From: Nitrosopumilaceae archaeon
GTDB lineage: Archaea; Thermoproteota; Nitrososphaeria; Nitrososphaerales; Nitrosopumilaceae
Reading direction: 5' to 3'
Assembly (NCBI GenBank): GCA_052389415.1
Contig: JBQTHX010000014.1
Location: 31,862-95,861 of the forward strand
Length of the DNA stretch: 64,000 bases
Part shown: positions 50,401 through 58,935 of the stretch, piece after piece
How positions within the stretch are numbered: the stretch's first letter is position 1
Layout: each line of letters begins with the position of its first letter
Position numbers and translations under genes: made by a program
Notes under the pieces: generated by a model
Database searches by the model: none
Told to the model about the DNA's origin: nothing
The model's input: only the letters and a program-made list of their open reading frames with translations

Positions 50401-50510
50401 TATTTTTCTGATTTCAATTATAAATATATCAAATTAAAATCAACAAAACTGTAGAAATTATTAAAATGCATCATACAATATCTGGCAGCATCTGTGAATA
50501 TACAAAGTAA

Positions 50511-51779
50511 ATGTCATTATCTCAAAGTAGAAAATGGATCTGGTATATTCTTCCATCTCAAATTACAGCAGAGGGTTTACGCACTGTAATACCGTTATAT
50601 GTCATATTCCTTGGAGGAGACATCGGTGAAGTTTCTCTAGTAGCAGCACTTCATTATGGCGCGGCAGCTCTTGGTTCCTTATTCTGGGGAAAGGTGATTG
50701 ACAGATTCCATGTAAGAAGAGCTGTTTTGATTGTTTCCTTTTTTTTTATAATAATTTGTTGTTTTTGGCTATACCTTACAAATGATCTCTTTACACTTTT
50801 TGCTATTTCCCCAATAATTGGATTCTTCTTGGTAGGAAAGAATCCTGTTACCCATTTACTGGTAATGGAATCAGCCCCTAAGAATCAATGGAGTTGGTTA
50901 TTTGCAAGGACATCAATAATTGCAACTTTTGGAATGTTTGGTGCTATGATAATCGGTGCTGTATGGAGTGTATATTTTGATTTGAGCCCTTATTTTTTGA
51001 TATGTGCAGTATCAACAGGAATTGCATTAGTATTTACTACTACAATCAAGGGATCAAGTTTTCATCTTGAACGAAGCAGTATTGCACATTCAATACATGG
51101 GTTGAGCTATAGTTTTACTCACTTTCATCTGATATTTCCTAAAATCTTAGAATTATATGATTTCAAGCATATAATTTCAATTTTCAGGGGAAAGGTTTCA
51201 CATGAAATAGGAATCTTGTTTTTGGCTAACTTTCTTTTCTATTTTGGAAGTAATATCTATTTTACAGCATATACGCCATTTCTGAAACATTTTGATTTTG
51301 CAGACTCTACTGTCTTTTTGATTTATGCGATACAAACATGCGCGATGATTGCGATTTTCTTTGTTGCCCCCAAATTGATATCTAAATTGGGAGAGGATCG
51401 TGCGATATTGATTGCCTATGCACCAAGAATATTGGCGGTTCTTGTTGCTGGCTTGGTAATACCTATCATGATTGGAGCTGGCATCTTTGTGGTTTCAATT
51501 ATTTCGGTAGGATTAATGGTCATAGCCTTTTCCATTTTTAGCATAGCTAGCTCTGTGATTTTTTTTAAAAGCATTCCACAAGGTTTTGAAGGAAAATATC
51601 TTGGAGTCAACAGTTCTGTTACAGGAATTGGAGTCTTTGCTGGAGCTATAGTAACGGGAGAGCTAACAAATCTAGTTGGATATACGAATCTATTTTTGAT
51701 AGCCGCTGTGGTTTTGGTGCTGTCTTTTATCTTGTTTAGAGGATATCTGCGATACAGATTATCGCACAATGTAGTTTAG
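50511..51779 (+). CDS. MFS transporter
   Basis: 12 TM helices, G...DRF..RR motif A. Confidence 0.88.
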   Translation: MSLSQSRKWIWYILPSQITAEGLRTVIPLYVIFLGGDIGEVSLVAALHYGAAALGSLFWGKVIDRFHVRRAVLIVSFFFIIICCFWLYLTNDLFTLFAISPIIGFFLVGKNPVTHLLVMESAPKNQWSWLFARTSIIATFGMFGAMIIGAVWSVYFDLSPYFLICAVSTGIALVFTTTIKGSSFHLERSSIAHSIHGLSYSFTHFHLIFPKILELYDFKHIISIFRGKVSHEIGILFLANFLFYFGSNIYFTAYTPFLKHFDFADSTVFLIYAIQTCAMIAIFFVAPKLISKLGEDRAILIAYAPRILAVLVAGLVIPIMIGAGIFVVSIISVGLMVIAFSIFSIASSVIFFKSIPQGFEGKYLGVNSSVTGIGVFAGAIVTGELTNLVGYTNLFLIAAVVLVLSFILFRGYLRYRLSHNVV

Positions 51780-52411
51780 ATGTAACGCGCTGAAGTTGAT
51801 TGACCCGAAGGCATTGAAGGTAATTTGTCGTTGACTGCCGCCTCTGCAACTGCTGCCGCTTCTGACAGTATCTTTTCTGATTCCTCGTTTGTTGATTCTG
51901 AATCTATTCCAAAGTCACCATTGTGGAAGGTGTCTGTCATAAGACCACTCAACATCTCTGTCATACCACTTAGTTCCTGGTCTGCCTCTGGCATGAATCT
52001 TATAAGTGATGATCTTAGACTTTTCATTAGTCCTATTGTTGGAACTATAGTTACTACAGTATCTCCAAGATCGTGGAATGTTGTTAATCTAAGTTCGATT
52101 TGTTCTAGAGCTATTCTTGCATTGCTTAATAGTTTGGTAACTTTACGAACTTCAGCTAATTCTTTTGATAATACTCTGCTTGTAGTGGTGTCATGTTGTT
52201 GAGTTGCTGTAACAATTCGTTTGAAAAGTTTTTCGTCCTTTTGTTTTAGTTTTGTAACCATTCCGTCTAGTTTAGAAATCTGAGTCTGCAGTTTTTTTAC
52301 TGCCGTCTCTAATCGTGGCTTTAATGGACCTTTGGGATGTAATGCATCGTTTAGTTTTTCACCAAAACTTGTTGTTTGAGGTTTGGTCCAGCTTTTTACA
52401 AAACCAGTCAT
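51776..52411 (-). CDS. cdvB: CdvB/ESCRT-III (Snf7) cell division protein, second paralog
   Basis: ELAEVRK, LEQIELRLTTFHDLGD, KILSEAAAVAE; paralog of 20223-20864. Confidence 0.9.
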   Translation of the reverse strand: MTGFVKSWTKPQTTSFGEKLNDALHPKGPLKPRLETAVKKLQTQISKLDGMVTKLKQKDEKLFKRIVTATQQHDTTTSRVLSKELAEVRKVTKLLSNARIALEQIELRLTTFHDLGDTVVTIVPTIGLMKSLRSSLIRFMPEADQELSGMTEMLSGLMTDTFHNGDFGIDSESTNEESEKILSEAAAVAEAAVNDKLPSMPSGQSTSARYI

Positions 52412-52467
52412 GATAAGCAGTTCAAAAATTAGTTATTAATTCAAGGTGTGAAACGAGGTTTACTGTG

Positions 52468-52493
52468 GACTAAATTAAGCTAACTAAATGCAA
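52468..52493. promoter_or_regulatory. conserved cdvB upstream box, copy 2
   Basis: gactaaattaagctaactaaatgcaa, 57 bp from the cdvB ATG; 23/26 identical to 20921-20946. Confidence 0.7.
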
Positions 52494-52596
52494 GGTTATG
52501 ATTTCGAGCAATAAACCCTTCAAAATTATAAATCTCGAAAAATTTTTTTATAACCTAAATTGGATATATCCTTACAATCGATCCTCAGACCAGAGA

Positions 52597-52704
52597 TTAG
52601 TGCGTCAGTTGTATGCTATTTCTCTGCGGATGGATTTTCTTTATGTGAATTTCCAGTGCAGTTGTTGATTGCTGAAATTCACAGCAAAGTGGACATTTTT
52701 CCAT
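52597..52704 (-). CDS. 35-aa C2H2 zinc-finger microprotein
   Basis: Manual translation MEKCPLCCEFQQSTTALEIHIKKIHPQRNSIQLTH: C-x2-C-x12-H-x4-H with Leu at H-3. Confidence 0.7.
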   Translation of the reverse strand: MEKCPLCCEFQQSTTALEIHIKKIHPQRNSIQLTH

Positions 52705-53072
52705 TTTATTTAATGCCTGTGAATTGGAAAAATTGTATTTAAATATTTGGTTTAACTTGTTTGAGGAAATATTTTGTTGAAAATTAATTAAAATAAATTG
52801 AAAGTTGTTGGTATCTGAGAAATTAGTTTCGTCTCATTGTAAAAAAACTCTCAGAAAAATGAGAAATGATATTGGTAAATAGATCTCTAAAATAAACCAA
52901 AAATTGCCATTTTTGGGAAATAAGGTTTTGAGATAATTGAAATATTCATAATAAAATTAGTTAACAATTACAAATTTTTAAATATTTTGCATGGAATTAC
53001 TTAGAATCTAGAATAAACAGTAATAGTTAAATCTTTTTATTATCCCGGACCGAAACTTTTATTAGATATAAG

Positions 53073-53990
53073 ATGACGCGCGAAAATTTTGGTTCTGGTG
53101 GCGGACGCTGTCCACGTTGTGGAAAAGGTCCCATGGTAACTGACAGTACTACCGGAGAAATGTTTTGTGGAAATTGCGGTTTCGTACTAACTGAAAGAGT
53201 TGAGGAATCAGGACCAGAATGGAGATCGTTTTCAAAAGAAGAACATGAGGATCGAAGTAGAACTGGAACTCCCACTTCACTTGCGATGCATGACATGGGT
53301 CTTGCAACCATTATCGGTCCAGCAGATAAGGATGCATCTGGAAAACCACTTTCTGCTTCTATGAAAAGTACTATTGAACGTCTAAGAACTTGGGATAGTC
53401 GAAGTCAAGTTCATGAACCAGTAGACAGAAACTTTAGACAAGCCTTTAGTGAGCTCGACAGACTAAAAGACAAGCTAGCTCTTTCTGATGCAGTTATAGA
53501 AAAAACTGCATATGTTTACAGAAAGGCATTGGATAAAGGCCTAGTAAGGGGAAGATCAATTCCTGGACTAGTTGCGGCTGCATTGTATGCTGCATGCAGA
53601 GATACGGAAACACCAAGAACTTTGACTGATGTAGCAAATGGAATTAATATCAAGAGAAAAGATGTTGCAAGATGCTACAGATTGCTTCTAAGAGAACTTG
53701 ATCTAAAGATGCCAGTTGTAGATCCAATAAAATGTGTAGCAAGAATTGCAAGCAAAGCTGGATTGAGTGAAAAAACAAAAAGAAAAGCACTGCTAATTCT
53801 AAAGGATGCTGCTGAAATTGAAATTTCTGCAGGAAAAGATCCTATGGGACTTGCAGCCGCTGCATTGTATCTTTCTTGTGTGATGAATGGAGAGAACAAG
53901 ACACAAAAGGACGTTGCTCAGGCAGCAGGAGTTACCGAAGTGACTATACGAAATAGATACAAAGGGTTAAAGGAATCCCTAAAACTATAA
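53073..53990 (+). CDS. tfb: transcription initiation factor IIB
   Basis: CPRCG...CGNCG ribbon, GPEWRSF, GLVRGRS, GKDPMG, GVTEVTIRNRYK. Confidence 0.97.
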   Translation: MTRENFGSGGGRCPRCGKGPMVTDSTTGEMFCGNCGFVLTERVEESGPEWRSFSKEEHEDRSRTGTPTSLAMHDMGLATIIGPADKDASGKPLSASMKSTIERLRTWDSRSQVHEPVDRNFRQAFSELDRLKDKLALSDAVIEKTAYVYRKALDKGLVRGRSIPGLVAAALYAACRDTETPRTLTDVANGINIKRKDVARCYRLLLRELDLKMPVVDPIKCVARIASKAGLSEKTKRKALLILKDAAEIEISAGKDPMGLAAAALYLSCVMNGENKTQKDVAQAAGVTEVTIRNRYKGLKESLKL

Positions 53991-54020
53991 TTTTTTAAAA
54001 ATTAAATTATTTTATTTTTC

Positions 54021-54443
54021 ATGAAAAAAATAATATATGTTGTAATTATAGTTGCAGCGGCAATAGCAATAGGAATATCTTTAGAGCCAAACTCAAAAGA
54101 ATCAGCCATCTTTCATGTAACACTTGCAGATCCTAAACTTTACGTCAATGGAATTTTTTCTGATACTTTTATGATTCAAAAGGGAATGTATCAATTTAGT
54201 TTTGTACCAAATGGTGATAGTCCTGAGACTCTTTCTATTGCTCTAAAAGGTCCAACCTTTTCTTTTGCAGAAGATTTTCGTCTGAATGGAACATTGCATG
54301 ATACCGGAATTTCTTCTTATTACACCTGGAACTATATCGGAAAAAAAGAGATCAAGGTGGATGAAGATCAGCAACTACAAATTGTGATACATCCGCACGA
54401 AAATTTACTTGGAAGCGTATCTGTCGATTTAACTAGAAAATAA
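54021..54443 (+). CDS. exported beta-rich hypothetical protein
   Basis: N-terminal TM/signal, HVTLADP, FVPNGDSP. Confidence 0.7.
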   Translation: MKKIIYVVIIVAAAIAIGISLEPNSKESAIFHVTLADPKLYVNGIFSDTFMIQKGMYQFSFVPNGDSPETLSIALKGPTFSFAEDFRLNGTLHDTGISSYYTWNYIGKKEIKVDEDQQLQIVIHPHENLLGSVSVDLTRK

Positions 54444-54444
54444 T

Positions 54445-54563
54445 TGGCGTAGCCCCCCGTCAGACGTGCAGAGATTTCCTCTTTGAATCGGCTCCAAGGC
54501 CGGTGTTCATTTCAAGTTCTGCGGGACTACGCAGTTTAAGCAGTAGATTTTGCATCCTTCTGC
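54445..54563 (-). ncRNA. candidate ~120-nt structured RNA
   Basis: Minus strand: hairpin GCAG..GGAT/ATCT..CTGC, then GCGTAGTCCC/GGGGCTACGC enclosing GCAGA/TCTGC, TTGAA/TTCAA, CGGC/GCCG; G-U pairs favour minus strand; TATA-like at 54587-54595. Confidence 0.55.
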
Positions 54564-54695
54564 ATATTTTGTCATATGACTTTCAAGTATTTATCATTTC
54601 ATGTTAATTTTTTTACATTAAGGTAAGTTCTTCACTAATTTTTTGAAGCAAAAATCATCTTTTAAAATTATTAAGTAATAAAGGATAGTGATTTT

Positions 54696-55439
54696 ATGAA
54701 ACTTTCCCAGAAAGTTGCTCTTGTTACAGGTGGCAGTCGTGGTATTGGAAAAGCCATCTCAAAAATGTTCGTGCAGGAAGGGTCGCTAGTCACTATCACA
54801 GCAAAAGATCCAAAGAGATTAGAAAAAACAGCAAGCGAACTTGGAAATGTGTTTTTTGTGGCAGGCGATATAAGGAATGAAAATGATGTTCAAAATGTTG
54901 TAAAGAGAACCATAGAAAAATTTGGTAAAATTGATATTTTGGTAAATAATGCGGGAATTTTTCCTCAAGTTAAACCGTTACATGAGATTACAGACAAGGA
55001 ATGGAATGAAGTAATAGATGTGAATTTAACAGGACAGTTTAGGTTTACCAGAGCAGTTATACCGTTTATGAAAAAAAATGGCGGAACAATAATAAATATT
55101 TCTTCAGATGCTGGACTGAAAGCATTTGAGAATTTTGAGGCGGATGCATACACAGCGTCAAAAGGGGCTTTAGTACTGTTAACAAAAGCATGGGCAGTAG
55201 AATATGCAAAATACAAGATTCGTGTAAATTGTGTCTGCCCTGGAGTAGTTGAGACGGATATGACTGCACCCTATCTAGTTTCTGAATCAGATAGAAAAAT
55301 GGCCGTGGCAGAACATCCTATTGGTAGGACAGGCACCGTAGAAGATGTAGCAAATGCAGTTTTGTATTTTGCATCAGATGATTCTTCATGGACTACTGGA
55401 GCAATTCTGCCATTGGATGGTGGAGTATCGGCAAAATAA
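54696..55439 (+). CDS. short-chain dehydrogenase/reductase (FabG-like)
   Basis: TGGSRGIG, NNAG, YTASK, IRVNCVCPG, DGG. Confidence 0.92.
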   Translation: MKLSQKVALVTGGSRGIGKAISKMFVQEGSLVTITAKDPKRLEKTASELGNVFFVAGDIRNENDVQNVVKRTIEKFGKIDILVNNAGIFPQVKPLHEITDKEWNEVIDVNLTGQFRFTRAVIPFMKKNGGTIINISSDAGLKAFENFEADAYTASKGALVLLTKAWAVEYAKYKIRVNCVCPGVVETDMTAPYLVSESDRKMAVAEHPIGRTGTVEDVANAVLYFASDDSSWTTGAILPLDGGVSAK

Positions 55440-55442
55440 TTT

Positions 55443-56189
55443 TCATGTAAGAAATTCTTCTGCTCCCAGTCCTTCTGGCGTAATTTTTATCCATCTGTTT
55501 CTTCCTATTTGTTCAATCTCTACAAACTTCCAATCAAGCAAGAGAGGCTGGATTATGTTTTTATCAAGACTAGCAAATCTCGCTTGCTGGAAATTCTCTT
55601 CTCTTGCATTTACTATTAGGAGTCCATTTTCATAAGCGAGCTCTGCCATCTCTTTTTTAGTTATCTTGCCGCCATGTTCTTTAATTATTTTTAGTGCTTG
55701 AACAAGCACAGACTTTGGAGTATGAATTTCGTATGCAGGTAGCTGAACAAGTGTTTTTAGACCAGAAGATAATTGTGCACCTTTAACAGTTGCATAGCTT
55801 TCAGGCTCTGCATAGTACGGTGTTAGTTTGTTTTTTCCTTTAAACATCATACAGGCCATCATGCATGCAATTGCCTGAATTTTTGATCCTGAAGAAACGT
55901 TTACAAAAATGTCGTTCTCCTTTTCTTTTTGTACTATCTCTTTGACTGATTTTAAGATCTTAAACGGATCAAACCTGTCTGAATAGATTATCTGAACATC
56001 GATCTTTTCTTTTTTTAATTCTGTCCTGATCTTTTCCATGTACCCAAGAGCCTTGTCCTTTGAAGGGTCGTCATGCATCAAGAGCCAGACCTTGTCTGCC
56101 TTCAACTTCTTGGCAGAAAGTACAATCCTGTCTATCTCAAAGCCCACAGGAGCAATGTGTACACGCAGATTTGCCAGACTAGTCATCAT
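55443..56189 (-). CDS. DUF6293/HFX_2341-family regulator (CARF-like Rossmann domain plus wHTH)
   Basis: RVHIAPVGFE.DR, VNVSSGSK, YY..PE.Y, C-terminal wHTH ending ITPEG; start at MMTS. Confidence 0.8.
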   Translation of the reverse strand: MMTSLANLRVHIAPVGFEIDRIVLSAKKLKADKVWLLMHDDPSKDKALGYMEKIRTELKKEKIDVQIIYSDRFDPFKILKSVKEIVQKEKENDIFVNVSSGSKIQAIACMMACMMFKGKNKLTPYYAEPESYATVKGAQLSSGLKTLVQLPAYEIHTPKSVLVQALKIIKEHGGKITKKEMAELAYENGLLIVNAREENFQQARFASLDKNIIQPLLLDWKFVEIEQIGRNRWIKITPEGLGAEEFLT

Positions 56190-56346
56190 GGTATGTATAG
56201 TTTGCATACTAATCTCATGATATATAATAATTCTCTGATTCTATACTAAAACATGAAAGCGGTTTGCAAGTTGGAAAAGGAAATAGAGATTCATGTATTT
56301 CCTGCAGTCAAATCAATCTTTGAACTAAAAGAATAATTTGAAAATT

Positions 56347-57543
56347 CTATTCTGTGATCTTGTATACTGATTTTGTTGATGGCGAAAGAGGAAGTGTGTT
56401 ATCAATTGATTTCCAGACAAAAGTTTCTACAGTATATGTATCAAGTTTATTGGGAGACCAAGACTGTGAAACACCGAGTTTTTGATCTACTGCAATTGAT
56501 CCCTTCGACCACGAAAGTGCTACTACAATTCCAGTAGAGTCTGTTACTTGAACAAGATAAACAAATGGTTGTTCATAGTCTTGTCTGTTTTTGATTTCTG
56601 CTGCAACATGCAGTTGCTGTCCTACCATTGGTTTTTGTACAATCTTTCCTGAACTGTCTGTTAACATTACATTTTCAAGTGTGACTTTATTAGATGAAGG
56701 CGAATTGGATGAAAGTATAGATTCGGTTGTTATTTCCAAATTATCAGCTACTCCAAATGGTGATGGTAGAGTATGATCTACATTTTTTGCATATAGCGTA
56801 TCGTCAAAGATAGCATGTAATCTGTTTCCGCTAGATTTATCACGTGATGTAAAGGAAAGATTTGCTACAAAGATACCAGAATCTTCATCTGTTTCTGTTG
56901 CATCGATCTTTATTCCTGCAATATCAGAATCTGATGATATCTCAACAGTAACAGTATCGCTTGATTCTGGATTTAGATTCATGTCAGGATCAATAATTTG
57001 GATTCTTGCTGTCTCATCTGGAAGATATGATGGCTTGTCAAAACTGATTATACCTTCATTCCATCGTATCTGTGCGATTTGTGTGAGAACCACACCATCT
57101 GCAAATTCAAATGAAATTGTTATTCCATCATCTCTGTCTGCCTCTAGAAAACCGCTTGTTGGGCCAGAACCTAAAGTTCTTGGATGTGTGTCTATCTTGC
57201 CATCTCCATCAGCGTCGTGTGAAAATCCAGTCAATGTTACTTCGCCTGTGAAAACTCCACTATTTTGTGATGTCTCTACTAATTTGTATGGTTCAAGATC
57301 GTGTCCATGTGTTGATATTTTTATGTGATATCCTTGATGATCTCCAATAGAATCTATCCCGTTTTTGTTTTCGTTCCAGCTTGGTGCATTGATCATTATC
57401 TGAATCTTGTCTGTCCAACTGTAGACCTGTTTATCAGTAGCAATCGGTGCATACGGTTTGTAATAGTTAGGTATTGGTTCTGCACTTGCTACAGAAAATA
57501 ATAATGAAAAAAGGAATAGTGATACTAGATATTTCTTGTTCAT
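56347..57543 (-). CDS. secreted surface protein with S-layer-like repeats
   Basis: Signal peptide, two ET..SG.F repeats, DPDMNL.P, C-terminal QPFVYLVQV...SQSW.P...FVW domain. Confidence 0.75.
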   Translation of the reverse strand: MNKKYLVSLFLFSLLFSVASAEPIPNYYKPYAPIATDKQVYSWTDKIQIMINAPSWNENKNGIDSIGDHQGYHIKISTHGHDLEPYKLVETSQNSGVFTGEVTLTGFSHDADGDGKIDTHPRTLGSGPTSGFLEADRDDGITISFEFADGVVLTQIAQIRWNEGIISFDKPSYLPDETARIQIIDPDMNLNPESSDTVTVEISSDSDIAGIKIDATETDEDSGIFVANLSFTSRDKSSGNRLHAIFDDTLYAKNVDHTLPSPFGVADNLEITTESILSSNSPSSNKVTLENVMLTDSSGKIVQKPMVGQQLHVAAEIKNRQDYEQPFVYLVQVTDSTGIVVALSWSKGSIAVDQKLGVSQSWSPNKLDTYTVETFVWKSIDNTLPLSPSTKSVYKITE

Positions 57544-58082
57544 GTTTTCATCCAGGGCTTTTGTTCAAGTAAATCAATTGATTTTATCATGTCATCAATT
57601 TTTGTAGTTATTGCAGTTACTGATCTAAACTCTTCATACATCATCTTTTCTTCTTCAGCTGAAAGAATATCTTTTTGTGCAGAATCAAAAAATTTTTCTT
57701 CTTTTGTTATGTGGTCGTCTAGGTAAATGGCATATGTTCTAAGAAATCTTGCTACTGGTTCTCTAGCATCCTGACCTTCCTTCCATCTTTGTAAATGGGT
57801 TCCTACGCTTCTTGCTATTCTTCTGCCAAATTCATGCTCTATCATAAATCCCCTGATCTCTTTTTTGAGAGAGTCATAGCTTGCAACACAGGGAAAGTAG
57901 GCATCTTCTTCTCTTGTGTAGTGTATTGCGTCTAAAAATTCTGCCATTATTATCGTGATTTGCTCAATGTCTGAAAAGGGGATCTGCTTTCCTTCATAGA
58001 GATCCTTGTAACACTTTGTGATTATCTTTTCCAGTCGTCTTATCTGGATATGATCCTGCCTAAGAGATTCTGTCGCGCTCAT
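57540..58082 (-). CDS. hemerythrin-like cation-binding protein
   Basis: L..DH, H..REE..YFP, EH..GR, HI.KEE. Confidence 0.88.
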   Translation of the reverse strand: MSATESLRQDHIQIRRLEKIITKCYKDLYEGKQIPFSDIEQITIIMAEFLDAIHYTREEDAYFPCVASYDSLKKEIRGFMIEHEFGRRIARSVGTHLQRWKEGQDAREPVARFLRTYAIYLDDHITKEEKFFDSAQKDILSAEEEKMMYEEFRSVTAITTKIDDMIKSIDLLEQKPWMKT

Positions 58083-58915
58083 TCTACTCTGAATAGAGTT
58101 ACTTTCCTAGGATTATATTGAATTATTCCAAAGTGCGGCTTTGGTTCACCTACTCCATAGTATCCGCTAGGTCCGCCCAGCCCCAGTCTTATTAGGTAAT
58201 TGCTTGATTTGTCAATCTCTATTTCCTTTTTTCCAAGTGTATAGTCTGATACTTTATCATGTTTTTCTTTAAGCTTGGGAAAAATGTTATGGACTTTATT
58301 ATTTTGCATTAAAGCAGCTTCTTCGTGCTGATGGCCACATAAAATTATGAAATTTCCAAGATGATTTTTTGCTTCATCAAACGCAGATGATGCCTTGTAG
58401 TTATATCCAGAATAGCTAAAGAACTCAAACTCTTCTTCAGAGAGTCTTTGCCATGTTCTTTGATATAACCAGATTTCATCACCATATGCATTTTTTGGTG
58501 TTATCTTTTGGGGATCTAGTGGGCCGCCGTGAACGCAGACTAGTCTATTTTTGGAATCAATGAATTGCTGCTGGCCAAACGTTTCATCCTTGTTTTGTTC
58601 GAAAAATGGAAGATCATCACTTTGTAATTCTTGATGTGCTACCAAGCTTTCAAGTGTACTCCCACTAACTTGCCTTTTGTACAAAAATGCTTCATCATGA
58701 TTTCCCATGACAGATATGATTGGATAATTTTTCTTTAGAGATTCCAGTCTTGCAAGAACTTGCCTTGGATTATTGCCTCGTTCTAAAAGATCTCCTAGAT
58801 TTATTATTCTCTCAAAGCTGCCATATCTTTTTGTAAAATCATCGCTAGAGGCAATCTTTAGGATGGTTTCTAAAGCATCAATGTCTGCGTGAATATCGGA
58901 AAAAACTAGATCCAA
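58079..58915 (-). CDS. calcineurin-like metallophosphoesterase
   Basis: SDIH, LGDL..RG, GNHD, VHGG, CGHQH. Confidence 0.9.
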   Translation of the reverse strand: MDLVFSDIHADIDALETILKIASSDDFTKRYGSFERIINLGDLLERGNNPRQVLARLESLKKNYPIISVMGNHDEAFLYKRQVSGSTLESLVAHQELQSDDLPFFEQNKDETFGQQQFIDSKNRLVCVHGGPLDPQKITPKNAYGDEIWLYQRTWQRLSEEEFEFFSYSGYNYKASSAFDEAKNHLGNFIILCGHQHEEAALMQNNKVHNIFPKLKEKHDKVSDYTLGKKEIEIDKSSNYLIRLGLGGPSGYYGVGEPKPHFGIIQYNPRKVTLFRVE

Positions 58916-58935
58916 TGTGTTTGTATGTATCTAGC

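Noticed and set aside
52560-52742. 60-aa plus-strand ORF from the track
   Set aside because: Antisense shadow of the C2H2 microprotein, which has a clear motif
52705-53072. Possible replication origin in the long AT-rich spacer
   Set aside because: No ORB-like G-string repeats and no adjacent orc1/cdc6
54507-54575. Minus-strand Cys-rich ORF MTKYAEGCKIYCLNCVVPQNLK ending in TGA before a hairpin (possible selenocysteine readthrough)
   Set aside because: No selenoprotein motif around the TGA, no Sec machinery seen in the window or known to me for this lineage, and the ATG lies upstream of the predicted start site; the RNA structure explains the region better
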